DNA from: Tubulanus polymorphus
Lineage: Eukaryota > Animalia > Nemertea
DNA: 64,000 nt
NCBI RefSeq assembly: GCF_964204645.1
Contig: NC_134025.1
Coordinates: 17,707,101-17,771,100, forward strand
Direction of reading: 5' to 3'
In this document: one piece after another, positions 1-12,300 of the stretch
How the letters are laid out: each line of letters begins with the position of its first letter
How positions within the stretch are numbered: the stretch's first letter is position 1
Made by a program: the position numbers and the translations under genes
The notes under the pieces: model-generated
What the model saw: the letters and a program-made list of their open reading frames with translations, nothing else
Databases searched by the model: none
What the model was told of the DNA's origin: nothing

Positions 1-45
1 TCATCTGATGAAGCTTCTATACATTAGTAGCAAAAGCTCGTGCAT
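1..45 (+). ncRNA. Degenerate type I hammerhead ribozyme-like motif (Penelope/retrozyme-type tail, cut by window edge)
   Basis: CTGATGA-A-GCTTCTA/TACAT/TAGTAGC (helix II)-AAAA-GCTC, followed by AATAAA. The conserved GAAA reads AAAA, so it is probably inactive. Confidence 0.45.
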
Positions 46-567
46 CAAATAAATAGTTAACCTATCTAGTACTACTCGTCTCCTTATTCATTCAAAACCT
101 GGTAAACACAGCTTCTCTACGAATCTTCAGATAACAGTAGGTGGGGGAATTACAATTAGACACTATAGGGCACAGAAGAATACTATCTTTGAATTTTTAG
201 GCAGCTCATAAATAAAAGGTTACCAGTAAGAGGGAAAACATGAACGAAATTGAATCAAAGTTTATTTACTTGAAGAAAAACGATTAATAATACCTGAAAA
301 ACTTATATTAAAAGTAGCTTGCATATGTTGAAGAGGATTCAACTTAAGTTTCTTAAATACATCGAGATAGCATTTCAACATCATAATGATCCAGATATCA
401 AATAACAACTTTTCACCTTTATCAGCTTTAGATATTCTAAAGTCTGTTCACTCTCAAAAGAGCCAGGAAGGAGGGTCACTATGTACTGTCACTGAAAAAC
501 ACAACCAATTGCAATGCATGTGTACATTAAACACAATCCATATATAGTATAATCATTTTCAAACTTC

Positions 568-2634
568 TCATTCACTAAGTGGCGTCGCTAGGCTCCCCTC
601 ATTTTCACTACATGCGTCTGTTTCACTATTGTTTCCTTCATTTGATACACGTCTGAATCACAGGGGCTCGTTACGATAGCTGGGGGTCCAAAATCAAAGA
701 TTTGACCCAGTATCCTAGGTACCACCTATAAAAAAAGAAAAGGGAGCTAACATTTTGACATACAAGAATTGACCTTCTCATTTCAACCCCTCATAACTTC
801 GTAACCGATCGACCGATTTACACGAAATTAGATTCATTTCATTCCCAAGAGGTGACTTTTTCGTTTGAGACCTTCCGCGACAAAATCGGATAAGAGACAC
901 CCGAGAAATCACGACTCAAATCCGAAAAAAAGAGTCAAAATAGCCAAAGCCGGAATTACTAGGACGTCTCGGAGTAGTCGATTCCCGACGAAAAACGATG
1001 AGTTGACGCGGTTCCCGGACGTTAATCTTCACATATCATACATCGCTGGAAAGCTTATGAACTGACCTTATTGAAAAATGCTTTTATTTGATAATCCGTT
1101 CCGAAACCGGCGACAAGCGAGGTGATAATACGCACCGAACCGATAAATACGCACTTTAAGCGTCACTGAACCGCCATTGAGGGTGTGACGTCACGGGCTC
1201 TGAGGACTGATAAATTCGCGATACGTGATTGGTCGACTGAATATGTCAATTATCTAGCGTTGCATGCTGGGATTTCTCATGACGTCACGCAGTTAATGGC
1301 GGCCGGAATACACTTGGAAATCGTATTTATCGCATCAATCTGGATTATCAGCTCGCCAGTCGCGGGTATCGGAACGGATTATCAAATAAACGCGTCTTTC
1401 AATAAGGTCAGTTCATAAGCTTTCCAGCAATGTATGATATGTGAAGATTAACGTCCGGGAACCGCGTCAAATCATCGTTTTTCGTCGGAAATTGAGCACT
1501 TCAAGCCGTCCTAGTAATTCCGGCTTTGGATATTTTGACCCGTTTTTTCGGATTTGAGTCGTGATTTCATCGGGGACGGTCTCAAGCGAAAAAGTCACCT
1601 CTTGGGAATGAAACGAATCTAATTTCGTGTAAATCGGTCGATCGGTTACGAAGTTATGAGGGGTTGAAATGAGAAGGTCAATTCTTGTATGTCAAAATGT
1701 TAGCTCCCTTTTCTTTTTTTATAGGTGGTACCTAGGATACTGGGTCAAATCTTTGATTTTGGACCCCCAGCTATCGTAACGAGCCCCTGTGGTCTGAATC
1801 ACTCGATTCTGAAGAATCCGAATCAGCAGCTATATTGATGATAATCCTCTCTATTTATAAGTCTATTAATTATACCTCATCCCAAAATTCTTGTTCGACC
1901 TTCACTATGATTGCAGGCTTTTTCCAAATCCTCAGCTGTGACATTAGGGATTGAAATCACAGTGGTATGGAGGGAATCTCACAAATTCATGTCCATGTTT
2001 GGTAGCAATGGTGTCAATCTTATATTTTGGAACTGGCGGAAGATTTTTATGAATGATTGTCAAAAACTCAGCACGAAGATGTTGCTCGTTGAAAGGTATT
2101 TCCTGTTTCTTTCACCACTCAACCATCATATATTTTGTTGAACTCTTTGTTGGTGCCCTATCTAAAACAACACTGTGAAACTTGACGTTATCTATAACAA
2201 TAATCAGTTTTTCAGTAAACCATTTTTCTAAGTTTTCTGCATTCATTTCATCGTGATAATGGTGACCTGATACATTTTCCTCACAGTTGGTACATCTCCT
2301 TTCACTAAGCCTGCCCTTACATAATTCAAAATTTTACATGTCCATGTCGTCGATGTCAAGTTTTGACGTCTCCAATTTTCTTTTCTTCTTTGGCGTCGTA
2401 AAATCACTCTTTATTCTTTAGATTGTACTTCTATCAATTCCCGTTACAGTCTCTAATCGCTGCAACCAGTTTTTCAATTGAATAGAGGGGAGTTGGTTTT
2501 TTCTCTCAATCTCCATGAATTTTGTCACATTATAGATGACAGTTCTTGCCTGTCTTTGAAGTGCACGCCCTGATTTTGTTGCAGATTTTTAGAATATTGA
2601 ATCCGACAAGTAAAGATCCCTTCACTATCCCCAT
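568..2634 (-). pseudogene. Decayed IS630-Tc1-mariner (DDE_3-like) transposase, interrupted by the 659-1791 MITE
   Basis: Manual minus-strand translation across frameshifts gives MGIVKG...GRALQRQARTVIYNV...YHDEMNAEN...IIVIDNVKFHS...HGHEFVRFPPYHCDFNP...IIINIAADSDSSESSDSD. After the MITE (and a frameshift) it resumes ...SENEGSLATPLSE*. The DN..FHS and PPYHC..NP motifs are typical of this family. Confidence 0.75.
659..1791. mobile_element. Foldback-type MITE (P- or hAT-like), almost fully palindromic
   Basis: Ends are CACAGGGGCTCGTTACGATAGC...GCTATCGTAACGAGCCCCTGTG with ~470-bp inverted arms. Perfect 8-bp TSD GTCTGAAT at 651-658 and 1792-1799. Confidence 0.92.
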
Positions 2635-4039
2635 TTCTAGAAATTTCGACTGTAAGTAACCCTTCGACCGTAAATCGATGTGCAAAACGTCACAGGTCTA
2701 TGTGTACAAATACAAGCTATTTGGCAAAATATTATTGACAAAGATGTAGGATGGCTTCCTGCGATTATATAATGAGCCCTATTTGAACATCGTGAGAATC
2801 ATGAGAAGATGTATTGTAATAGTAATGGATGTATGATTATATCAGAAGCAGCAGGCATAAATAGAAATGATAAGTAAATCGGATTATTTTGTATCAAGAA
2901 ACGAAATTCTTAATATGGACTTTCCTAAATTTACATGAGTAGTGCATGTTTAATAGGCATCAAGAATGGTACTCTAGAGGTTTAAGAACAAATGAAAAGG
3001 ACTGATAACTTATGGATTGAATTCAAATGATGGGAGAAAATTGACTAGTTACAGACCGAAAATAAGGACGGAAATAATTAAGAAAAAAATTGCTTTTTTC
3101 TCAAATTATGAATGGAAATGCATGCCTATCTTTGTCATGAAGTTTTTGGCAGAATTTCAGAGAAACCGTGCTCCAAGTAATCAAAAAAGCCTAAGATGTC
3201 CCCCTTGATTGAATTTGCAGTTTCCAAGAAAACTTGAACTAGGCCACGCGCGAAGCGCACTTTTCATATACATCCGCAGATCAATACACCACAATGCAGC
3301 GAGTCTGTGTCTAGCATGTGTATGAAGCATGAATATACGTAAAAGGGCATGAGTTCTTTCGAAACGAAATGTAGTTCCAACAACAAGTAAATAACCAAAT
3401 ATATGAATAAGCAACAGATTCCGATGAAATTCAATAGGCTTAGAGCTTTTATTACTGCATTGAATGTTTTAAAAGAAACTAAGCCTCCTTTTTAAGTCAT
3501 TTTGTACCATAGCAGGAAAGTTTCATATGTGATAACAAAATTGACTTTGCTGAAGCAAAAGTCCATGAAAATGGCGGATGTATGCACGATGTGTAAGTCT
3601 GATATAAAAGAAAGACACTGACATGGGGATGTTGGTGGAACGACGAAGCTATCTACAACCTGTGTAGCGCCGGCATGAATTTTATCGGCAGCTACAAGCA
3701 GTCAATATAAAAATTTTTAAACATATAATTTCAATATTCAAATGTTTTAGAAAATATGTTCGATATTAGGGGTATGCAGGTTTCACTGCTGAGAAACATT
3801 TCAAAAAATATTTTCCAAGTGATACATACGTGTGAGGATGTATATTCGTTTGATGGCCATCTTCTTCTAAGTTGTTCGTATAAAAATTAAGCAAACCATC
3901 TTTTAAACCAATCTCATGCTTTAATTGTGAAACCTGAAGTTTAAAAGCAAAATTTCTTAATACCAAACAGAATACACTGCATACAGAAACTTGTGCATGA
4001 GAAAAAAGAGCTTCCTGTAACTGATTATTAATAACACAC

Positions 4040-5606
4040 AAAGTCTATTCACAACGAGTTGACGTGCGGCTTTTTCTCCACATCAAAGAGCAGCTACTGC
4101 TGTGAGCTGTCAGATAGCCGCTACACAAATGATCCATCACAGATGTGCTGACCCACTGCAGCCCAGCGTCCACCAAGAGTGCATAACTTGCATCTCCAAC
4201 CACTCAGTTCTTTAATATTAGACAAGTCAGTTTAAAAATGATTTGGTTGACAAATTCATTATAAATATCAGCGATGATTCTTCGTCTGAATTAGATTCAA
4301 ACTATATAATATGGATGCATCCGCAAAAGAGAGTGACTGGATAGAAGATTGGAGTTCAATCTGTGCCATCTTATTATCTAGATATAATATAGTGCCACTT
4401 CTCTATGACAGGGATGAGAACGCCGACCTGTAAAATCCGCGGGTTATTTTTCTTGAGTGACATACGCGAACCAGCTGACGGCGTAGCCGTCAGCACTAGC
4501 GAGCGCCGAAGGCGCGAAGCTATTTCGGGGTGGTTTGGGGGCCCTCCCCCAAGAAAATTTTAGAAATTAAATACGTTTTCCGAGCACTTAGAGCGATCTC
4601 GAACCCATGAACGACTATTATATTTTGGAAGGTAATGGCTAGTTCCAATGTGGTACATCCTCATTTGATGACATTCAGCATCTCATGCATTACGGGTCGA
4701 GCCCTGAATTATTGCAGTAAAAATGCGCCGATGAATGCTCACTAAAAATCATCACCAAGTAGTGTATAATATCCGAAAGCGTTCGCCACACACACGCAGC
4801 AACAGTAAGTAGACCTATATATGTTACTACTGTTGCTGTGCGTGCGTGTCTGCAACCGATCGATAAAATACATACAAACTCATCGTAGTACAAATGTACA
4901 TACAAAATCACTGTGTTGCAATGAATATGCATTGAAATGCGATACTTATACGTGACGATAAGTAAAACAGGCACTGAACGCTTTTACGGTTCACCTGATT
5001 ACCGATCGCGCCGGACCAATTGAGTGAGATCATCACCCCCCCCCCCATACTTTTACATCATTTTTGGACTATTTGGAAAATTGATATTTTTCAATACTGA
5101 AATCCGCGGGAAACCGCGGATCCGAGGGGAATTCTCATCTCTGCTATGAGTGAAAACCACGAAAATATCAGTTGTCTAAATGCCTAGAGTTCTGTGAAAA
5201 TATATTACAAAAATATGTGACTTGACATGTGTTAAACCCAGATATATCTTCTTGCGTTGAATATTCTGTGAAATGAGCAAAATCCTCGAAAATTCTCTCC
5301 TTAATACTACAACTACAACTACAACTATTTTATCTGGATCACTGCCAGGCTTTGCCATCCATCAACTCTACGTCATCATTCAATAAGAGTGTATAAAACA
5401 ACAAGATAAACTTAAATTCTTCTATATTCCTAAGACTGCATGTCTTGTGAAATCTTGCTAGTTATTCACTCTGGCTGAATGTGTACAAAACCATAGCAAC
5501 AAGCCATTTAACTGGCTCAGCATGCACTCTGCAGCAGAGTTCACTACTGTAAACTGATACCTCTGTGGTCAAAAAGCCGCACGTCAACTCGTTGTGAATA
5601 GACTTT
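4040..5606. mobile_element. Non-autonomous TIR DNA transposon
   Basis: Perfect 36-bp inverted repeats AAAGTCTATTCACAACGAGTTGACGTGCGGCTTTTT at 4040-4075 and 5571-5606. No clear TSD. Confidence 0.7.
4409..5143. mobile_element. hAT-like MITE nested in the 4040-5606 element
   Basis: 12-bp TIR CAGGGATGAGAA / TTCTCATCTCTG (1 mismatch), flanked by 6-bp direct repeat CTATGA (4403-4408, 5144-5149). The same left terminus recurs at 63657. Confidence 0.6.
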
Positions 5607-5865
5607 AGCATTCACTTTTCATGAAATAATGCAATGTTTGGGTATTATTTGTGAAACACACATTCAGCTTAAATTAACTACGCACGATACAATTGAAAAA
5701 TCTACACACACAGGCACTTTTCAGGACCAGATACGATTGGCAAAATACCCACTATTTGCGGATCAAAGTATAATCAAGCAGCCTGTTGGCTGATACAGTT
5801 CCGCTCTGTTATGATTTGATTTTGCAAGGACCACCATTCAGCCGGCCCACACAAGAAAATATGGC

Positions 5866-6010
5866 TAGAAAAAGTTTTGATGGGGAATTTTTTTGTGTTT
5901 AGCTGGCAACCATGCCAGGAAGTATTGTCATAGTTCCAGGCATTCAGAATCACCTTGTTGCCAAAATGGCATTTAACCTTTCAATAAAATTTGGAGGTCA
6001 AAGGTCAAAT
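5866..6010. repeat. Inverted copy of 15385-15555; candidate Academ-like terminus
   Basis: AGCTGGCAACCATGCCAGGAAGTATTGTCATAGT...AGGTCAA here is the reverse complement of ACTATGACAATACTTCCTGGCATGGTTGCCAGCT near 15472-15505. Confidence 0.5.
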
Positions 6011-6289
6011 TTTTAATTTTACTTATTGCAGTCTCTAGTTTCATTACAGATTAAATTAGATACAAACAAGTTGATTTTAAATGCGATATACACTCGTATG
6101 TTTCTTAAATCAATAAGTAAATGTGAAAAATTCTATAACGTTTAAACATTTAATCCTCGTCAAAGCATTGACTTTTCGCTAATTTTGTAAGTAAGGCATG
6201 CATAGGGGCGTTATTGATGTAATCTATGTCAAGGTTGACAAAAAATATTGAAAGTCTTATAATAAATGTATTTTTGTTGGGTTGACACT

Positions 6290-7470
6290 TGAGGCCAAAG
6301 CCAATCATTGAAAGCCACGGTAATGTCTACTCCGTACTTTCAATTGTCCCCAGCATGCTGCACTGTAGATAAGCACAAGTATCCGCCTTACTTACTGGTG
6401 GTGGCATAACTGCATGTTTTCCTTTCCAGGTGAAGTAAGCGAACATTAGTATTTTCTCTCTCTCTCTTTGAGCTATCTGGATCCCTGTGGTTTCTACTAC
6501 TCAACTCTATATGTAACTGAGGTTAGGCGACTACTGAATTCAAGAGTGCATAATATCCCATCGACTGCATGGTCATTCATGAGTGATTAAGCAATACTCC
6601 TCCGAGACCATATTAAAACAAACCAATATTATCTTATTTTACTAAAAATCCATTCTTGAACTTTTAGTGTCATTTTAAGAATAATCATGTGTCAAACATG
6701 GATTTGACCTGCGTATAAATATCTCTTCATCTATTAGATTAACATTCTTGTCAGTGACATTTAAAATTTACAAAATCTAAGATTATTAATTCACTGACCT
6801 AACAACTCTTCAGAGTCTGTGGAAATATTTTTCACATGACTTAGTGGATTTATTTATCGTCTGGAATTATCTCATGAGTCGTGTGCCATAATTTTGCTTG
6901 AAAATCCGTCTAGATATCATGTTTCAACTTGGATATTAGTTCAGAAACTTTGTAATGTAAATATTTACTTCGGTATCCTTTGAAAATATTCACTCTTGAA
7001 TGCAACAAGACTTCAAAACTGATTTTCATAGCTTATTTCTTCATTTTCTTGGGGTAAGTTTGGAAAAGTTTTGCTCTTTATTCACTCTTGCCTTACTATA
7101 GTAACAAACAGCTGGGGTCCAGCGAGTCAGCGATGCTCATGGTGAGTTTGACCACTTACAGCTGTCAAGATCAATTAAATTGTTGTTGATACTAGCTCTT
7201 TGAGAGTGAAATCCCGCGATCATATCCACTGGGATAGACTTTAGACATGGTGCACTGTAGAAAAGCACAAGTCTTCAACTTCATTTTGCTTTCTGTCGGT
7301 GGTATAACTGCATGTTTTCCTTTCCAGGTCACTTAGTGAGCATGTTATGTTTTCTCTTTCCCATTCAACTATCATATGCTTGGTGCACTGTAGATAAGCA
7401 CAAATCTCCTCCGTACTTTTGCTTTCTGGTGGTGGTAAGTGCAAGTTTTCCTTTCCAGGTCATTTAGCTA
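6290..7470 (-). repeat. Three diverged copies of a ~120-bp module with apparent coding origin
   Basis: Copies at ~6350-6470, ~7245-7365 and ~7375-7470 translate on the minus strand as WKGKHAVMPPPVSKADTCAYLQC, WKGKHAVIPPTESKMKLKTCAFLQC and WKGKLA(fs)LPPPESKSTEEICAYLQC. Confidence 0.55.
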
Positions 7471-7744
7471 GCATGCAATAAAAGCCAAGGTAGTCAAGAT
7501 TTATTTAGAGTATAGTTAAGCCAAGATGGTTAAGCCAAGATATTTATCCCAACTGCATGCCAACTACTGTTAAGTGACAAACTGTTAGGGAGCATCTCAA
7601 AATTTCAATAGTTGTGTCAATTAGAATAACTGTCTAATTCTTTTTTACCCCTCAAGGCACTCTATGATTAGACACATGCCAAAGTTAAAACTATTGATTT
7701 TATAATGAGCAACCACAAACAAAGATAAGTTCTCAAGAGTGTGT

Positions 7745-9160
7745 TTTGTCTTTGGAATCTGTCGAGGAGGTCGGTAAAACTGTTATTGGTGCTCCAACAA
7801 AATCCTGTACATTGGATCCAATACCCACATGCTTGCTGAAAGTGGTGGTGGACAATGTGACCCCATCTATTACTCAAGTGATTTATTTGTCACTCAAATC
7901 TGACATTGTGCCGGACGCCATGAATTGTGCGATCATTGCACCCATCCTAAAGAAGCCAACGCTGGACGCAGAGATTCTCAAGAACTTTAGGCCAATCAGC
8001 AATCTATCATTCTTATCAAAGATTCTAGAACGGATTGTAGCTGCTAGAATCAGTGATTATATGGACAAGCAAGGACTACACGATTACTTTCAGTCTGCAT
8101 ACAAGCCGATGCACAATACTGAAACGGCTCTACTCAGGGATCAAATTAACATATGCTGTTTGCTTGATCGTGATCAGGGAGTAGTAATTTCAATCCTACT
8201 TGATCTCAGCGTGGCGTTCACACTGTGGATCACACTGTGCTTCTAAATAGGATCACAGATGTCCTCGGTATATCTGGTGTTGTGCAGGAATGGTTCATAT
8301 CATATCTCTCTAACCGATCGCTTAAAGTCGCAGTTCATGGCTGGTGATCGAGTTCACATACACTCAAGTATGGTGTGCCCCAAGGTTCCGTCTTGGGGCC
8401 CCCACTGTTCCTAATATACATTTTACCACTTGGTTAATTGATACTGTTGTTCGATATCAATGGGCACCGTTTTGCAGACGACGAACAACTCTACAAGCTA
8501 ATTAAGTCAATCCGAAATGTGGAAGCTGTGTCCCGTCAACTTATCGAAGTAGAACACTGTCTAGCCATATTTAATTGGTACAAAGCAAATTTCCTCATGG
8601 CTAATGCCACAAAGACCGAATTTTTCCTACTTAGAACCATTCCCAGACTCAAGTTAGTAAACATCAAATCACTGGCAGTCGCTGGTGTCCATGTCCCATG
8701 ATCCTATGCGAAACTTGTGCGTAAATGTTCGATGGTCACACCATGGATTAGCATGTGAAGTCAACTATCAGGGCTGGATATTTCCATATCCGTAACATTG
8801 GACTTGTTAGGAAAATCCTTACACAGAACACTACAAAATCACTCCTTCAGGCACATGTAGTGTCTACACTGGACTACTGCAATAGTTTGCTCATGGGTTT
8901 ATCATGTGATCTTTTGTACAACTTACAAAAAATCCAGAATTGCGCAGCGCGTCTGGTATATCGAGTTCAAAAGTGTGTGCACATATCGCCATTTTTAGTT
9001 TCGCTTTCATTGGTTACCAAAGGCTGGATAGAGTAAAAGATATTGTTACTGACTTTCAGAGCCTTGAGTCGTGCTCCAGGTTATATCAGTGAATTATTCG
9101 AGTTCTACAAACCCTGTCATCAACTAAGATCTTCTTTGGCTAAACACAAACATTTGGAAC
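7745..9160 (+). pseudogene. 5'-truncated, decayed non-LTR retrotransposon RT (L2/CR1-like clade)
   Basis: Motifs KSCTLDPIPT, NFRPISNLSFLSKILE, QSAYK..HNTETALL, LDLS.AF, GVPQGSVLGP, FADD and LDYCNSLL across the frameshifted ORFs 7746-8246, 8438-8701 and 8755-9036. Confidence 0.9.
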
Positions 9161-9360
9161 CTCACATTTTTCCTTGTAGGAGCACGTTTGAAATTGTTTT
9201 ACAATGGAATTACTGCTCGATAAAAATTAAGATTATTATTAATTTGGCGCCCTGTTTCGGCTGTCTAGATTCCTCACACATGGTCATGTTATTTGGTCCT
9301 TATGCTTTATCACATGAGACTGGTGGTGGTATTGTGCTGTTTTCCTCATCAGGCTTCAGC

Positions 9361-12300
9361 AATGGATGGCGAAGAAGTCCCTCCTGTTACCACACTTAAA
9401 CGAAAACATGATCTATGCAATCAAGATCTATACAATTCCGTCGACTATTCAAGCTGTCTCATTTGTCAGGAAGGGGCTGGAAGTTCGAGTGAGAAAATGA
9501 ATCTGGCATCTGAAGATGGGAAGAAAAAAGTGCAGTACGCTGTTTCTGAAAGAACCAGTCTTATGGATCGAACATCTCTAGCTATTCTGAATAGACTTAG
9601 AGCTATACCGGATGAAGATTAGCAGGAAACGGCAATGAGATGGCATAAAACTTGTCACATAAGTTTGGTATCAGAGAGAAGCTTATCTTGCATATGTGAG
9701 AAAAAAATGAAGGAATGAACAGTTCATACAACCGTGGCGGCAGGTTAATTGGGGGCTTTGCATCTTTTGCCAGCAAATGAGAAACAATCACCTTCATAGC
9801 ATAATGACTCTGTAGTAGTATCACTGAAAATAATCAATCTGTCAAAGGAGGACTACGTCATGTCTGTTAGGATGGCCAATATTGTAGATTTGATAGCTAC
9901 AGAAGGGAAGATACCGGAACTACCGCTTGACTACATTTGAACGGAAATTCACTAGAAATAAAGAGTGTCTGCATCCGAGTTCGGATCAAATTCAGAATAA
10001 CCCTGGAGACATTGTGCTAGAGGATCTGTCTGCTGTCTGGGAAAGGTGTGGGAGAGGTAAGTAGAACTTTGCAATGAAATGGAAAGAGTTGTGCCTCAGA
10101 AGCTTCTTGTCAAGAAGGCAAACACTTTATGCAGCTGTTATTAGAATGTTATTGACGAGGAAGGGTCACTCAAAAGACCACGAAATCAAAAGGCAGCACT
10201 TCCTCTTTATCCCAGCAACAAATCACTGTTCATTATTGCCAACGCTTTGTCAGATATTTGTCAGATATTATACAAAAGGATGAGAGTACAGATGAGTCTA
10301 CATCCACACTATACCTTCTATCACTTGATGATGTTCAAGAAATAGTTCATTCTGCACTTCAGCTCCGAGCTGACTTGGATAGGATGCCTGGTCGTGATAC
10401 TGCATGGAAAGGTCTTACAATGGCAGCTGTGGAGGCAATAGTTCCAGATTCCTTATACTTCTTTCTGTCCGTGTTGTTTGGTTGGACCAGCATGCTGGCA
10501 ACTGAAGATGAAGAGACTGACCGGAAAGGCTACAATTTTGGTGCCCTACAAACGTGGCCGACTAATCCTGGGATCAGCAGACATTATAGATGTCATAGAA
10601 TCCACACAAAGTCGCCAAGAAACTTGTCATTGTTTCAATGGAATGCTCGGCAACACGGACCACCGTCCCTAAGATCCTTGGTGAATCGTGTCCATGGGTG
10701 GCAGGAGGCTTTGCGTAAGGAAACCATAGAAACATTGCACCACCTTGATACTGCCAAGCTTCCAATTGGTATTAGAGCTGCCCCTTGAATGTTAGACAGT
10801 TCTCACATTGAAGTAGATGATTGGTTCAAAAACAGTCAATGTGAGAAGATAGCGAAACAAATGGATCATGTATGGGTACTCTCTAGGATGGACAACAGCA
10901 ATGGCCAGAGCATTCCTCCATAGGCAGCTATCAATGAATGCATCAGCATTGTAGATCGTCCACTGATGACCATTGGAATGGCACCAATGCCACAGCAGAT
11001 GAATATGGTACAATTATCACAATCAATAATCGATTTGTCCTGCTCAGCTGTAACCTCGGACAAAACCATAGAGTCCTTTTTCTTTGATCAGCCAAAGCTA
11101 AGGAAATCCTTTGGAACTGCAATGAATAGGATGAAGTCGTTGTGCTTCTTGAAGGCCTACATATCACGTTCAACTTCCATCGTACCATTGGCCAGCATAT
11201 GGAAAGTACTGGTCTTGATGATGTATGGGTTGAGTCAGAACTGTTTGGACACAACGCCATCAAGTCAGTGATGGATGGAAAGCGTTATTACAGGGCCATT
11301 CAGGGACATGTCTGGGCTCCTACTAAAAACTGACCGGAGGTATCAAAGCGGTGGGTAGTTGGGTGTTGAAGTGGATAGTGTAGTGTGATCTGTGTGCATT
11401 TGTGGCCAGCACACAGATCACAACGATCATAGTTAGTGTAGTAATATACGTCCAGGGAGGTATATCATATGTTCAAAGATCCATCTTAACCATGGATCCC
11501 CCAGATCAGTCCCTCAGATAAGTATTTGTATTTGTATTTTATTTGCAATCTCATAAAGAATACTGGTAGCAATTACAGTAATACATATGAGCAGAGATAA
11601 TAATGAGATTGCCAGGGACCAGAATAATCCGGAGATTATTGAGTCGGGTCATGAGTATGATGTGAAAACTAAGTGTCAGAAAATTTTGATTTTTCACATC
11701 GTCTCAGATCGTTTTTCAGCAGATTTTACATTGAAATTTCACTCAGAAAATCAAACATCGTTCGATGTTTTACCATTAACACACTGCTAGTTCCAAGATG
11801 AGTCAAGATGCTCATCATCTATTCATTTGCACAAGAAAACAATGTAAAAGGCGCCACGTTACAGGCCGCAAAAGCCGTTTTTCAGCACTACATGAGCAGC
11901 ACACTATCGGGCAACAGATATATAAAACTTCGTTAACCAAAATGATCGCATTTTAAAATAGATCAGGAAACGCTTTTATGGTCATACCAATCTATCCATA
12001 AGATGCCATTTTCCTCAACACCCCCTTTTTTTCAACGGCTCTGTATTGGTGGGAAATCCAACTAAGGTCAGAAAATTATGATCCCTGTATTGAAGCTTGT
12101 GGCACAGTTCAGAAGGTTTACAGTGTTTCTATATCAGTCGTGACCCGAGGATGCCAGGGTCTCAACCACTGTTAACCATCTGAAATCACTCACAACCAAG
12201 GATACACCATGGATGAGATAACAGGAAACCTCGTAACTGCCCAAGAGAAAGATGAAGAGACAAGGTGTTGCAACATATAAGAGAATGATAAACTGCGACG

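Noticed and set aside
865-1418. ORFs 865-1065 and 1185-1418
   Set aside because: They lie inside the palindromic MITE and have no recognisable motifs.
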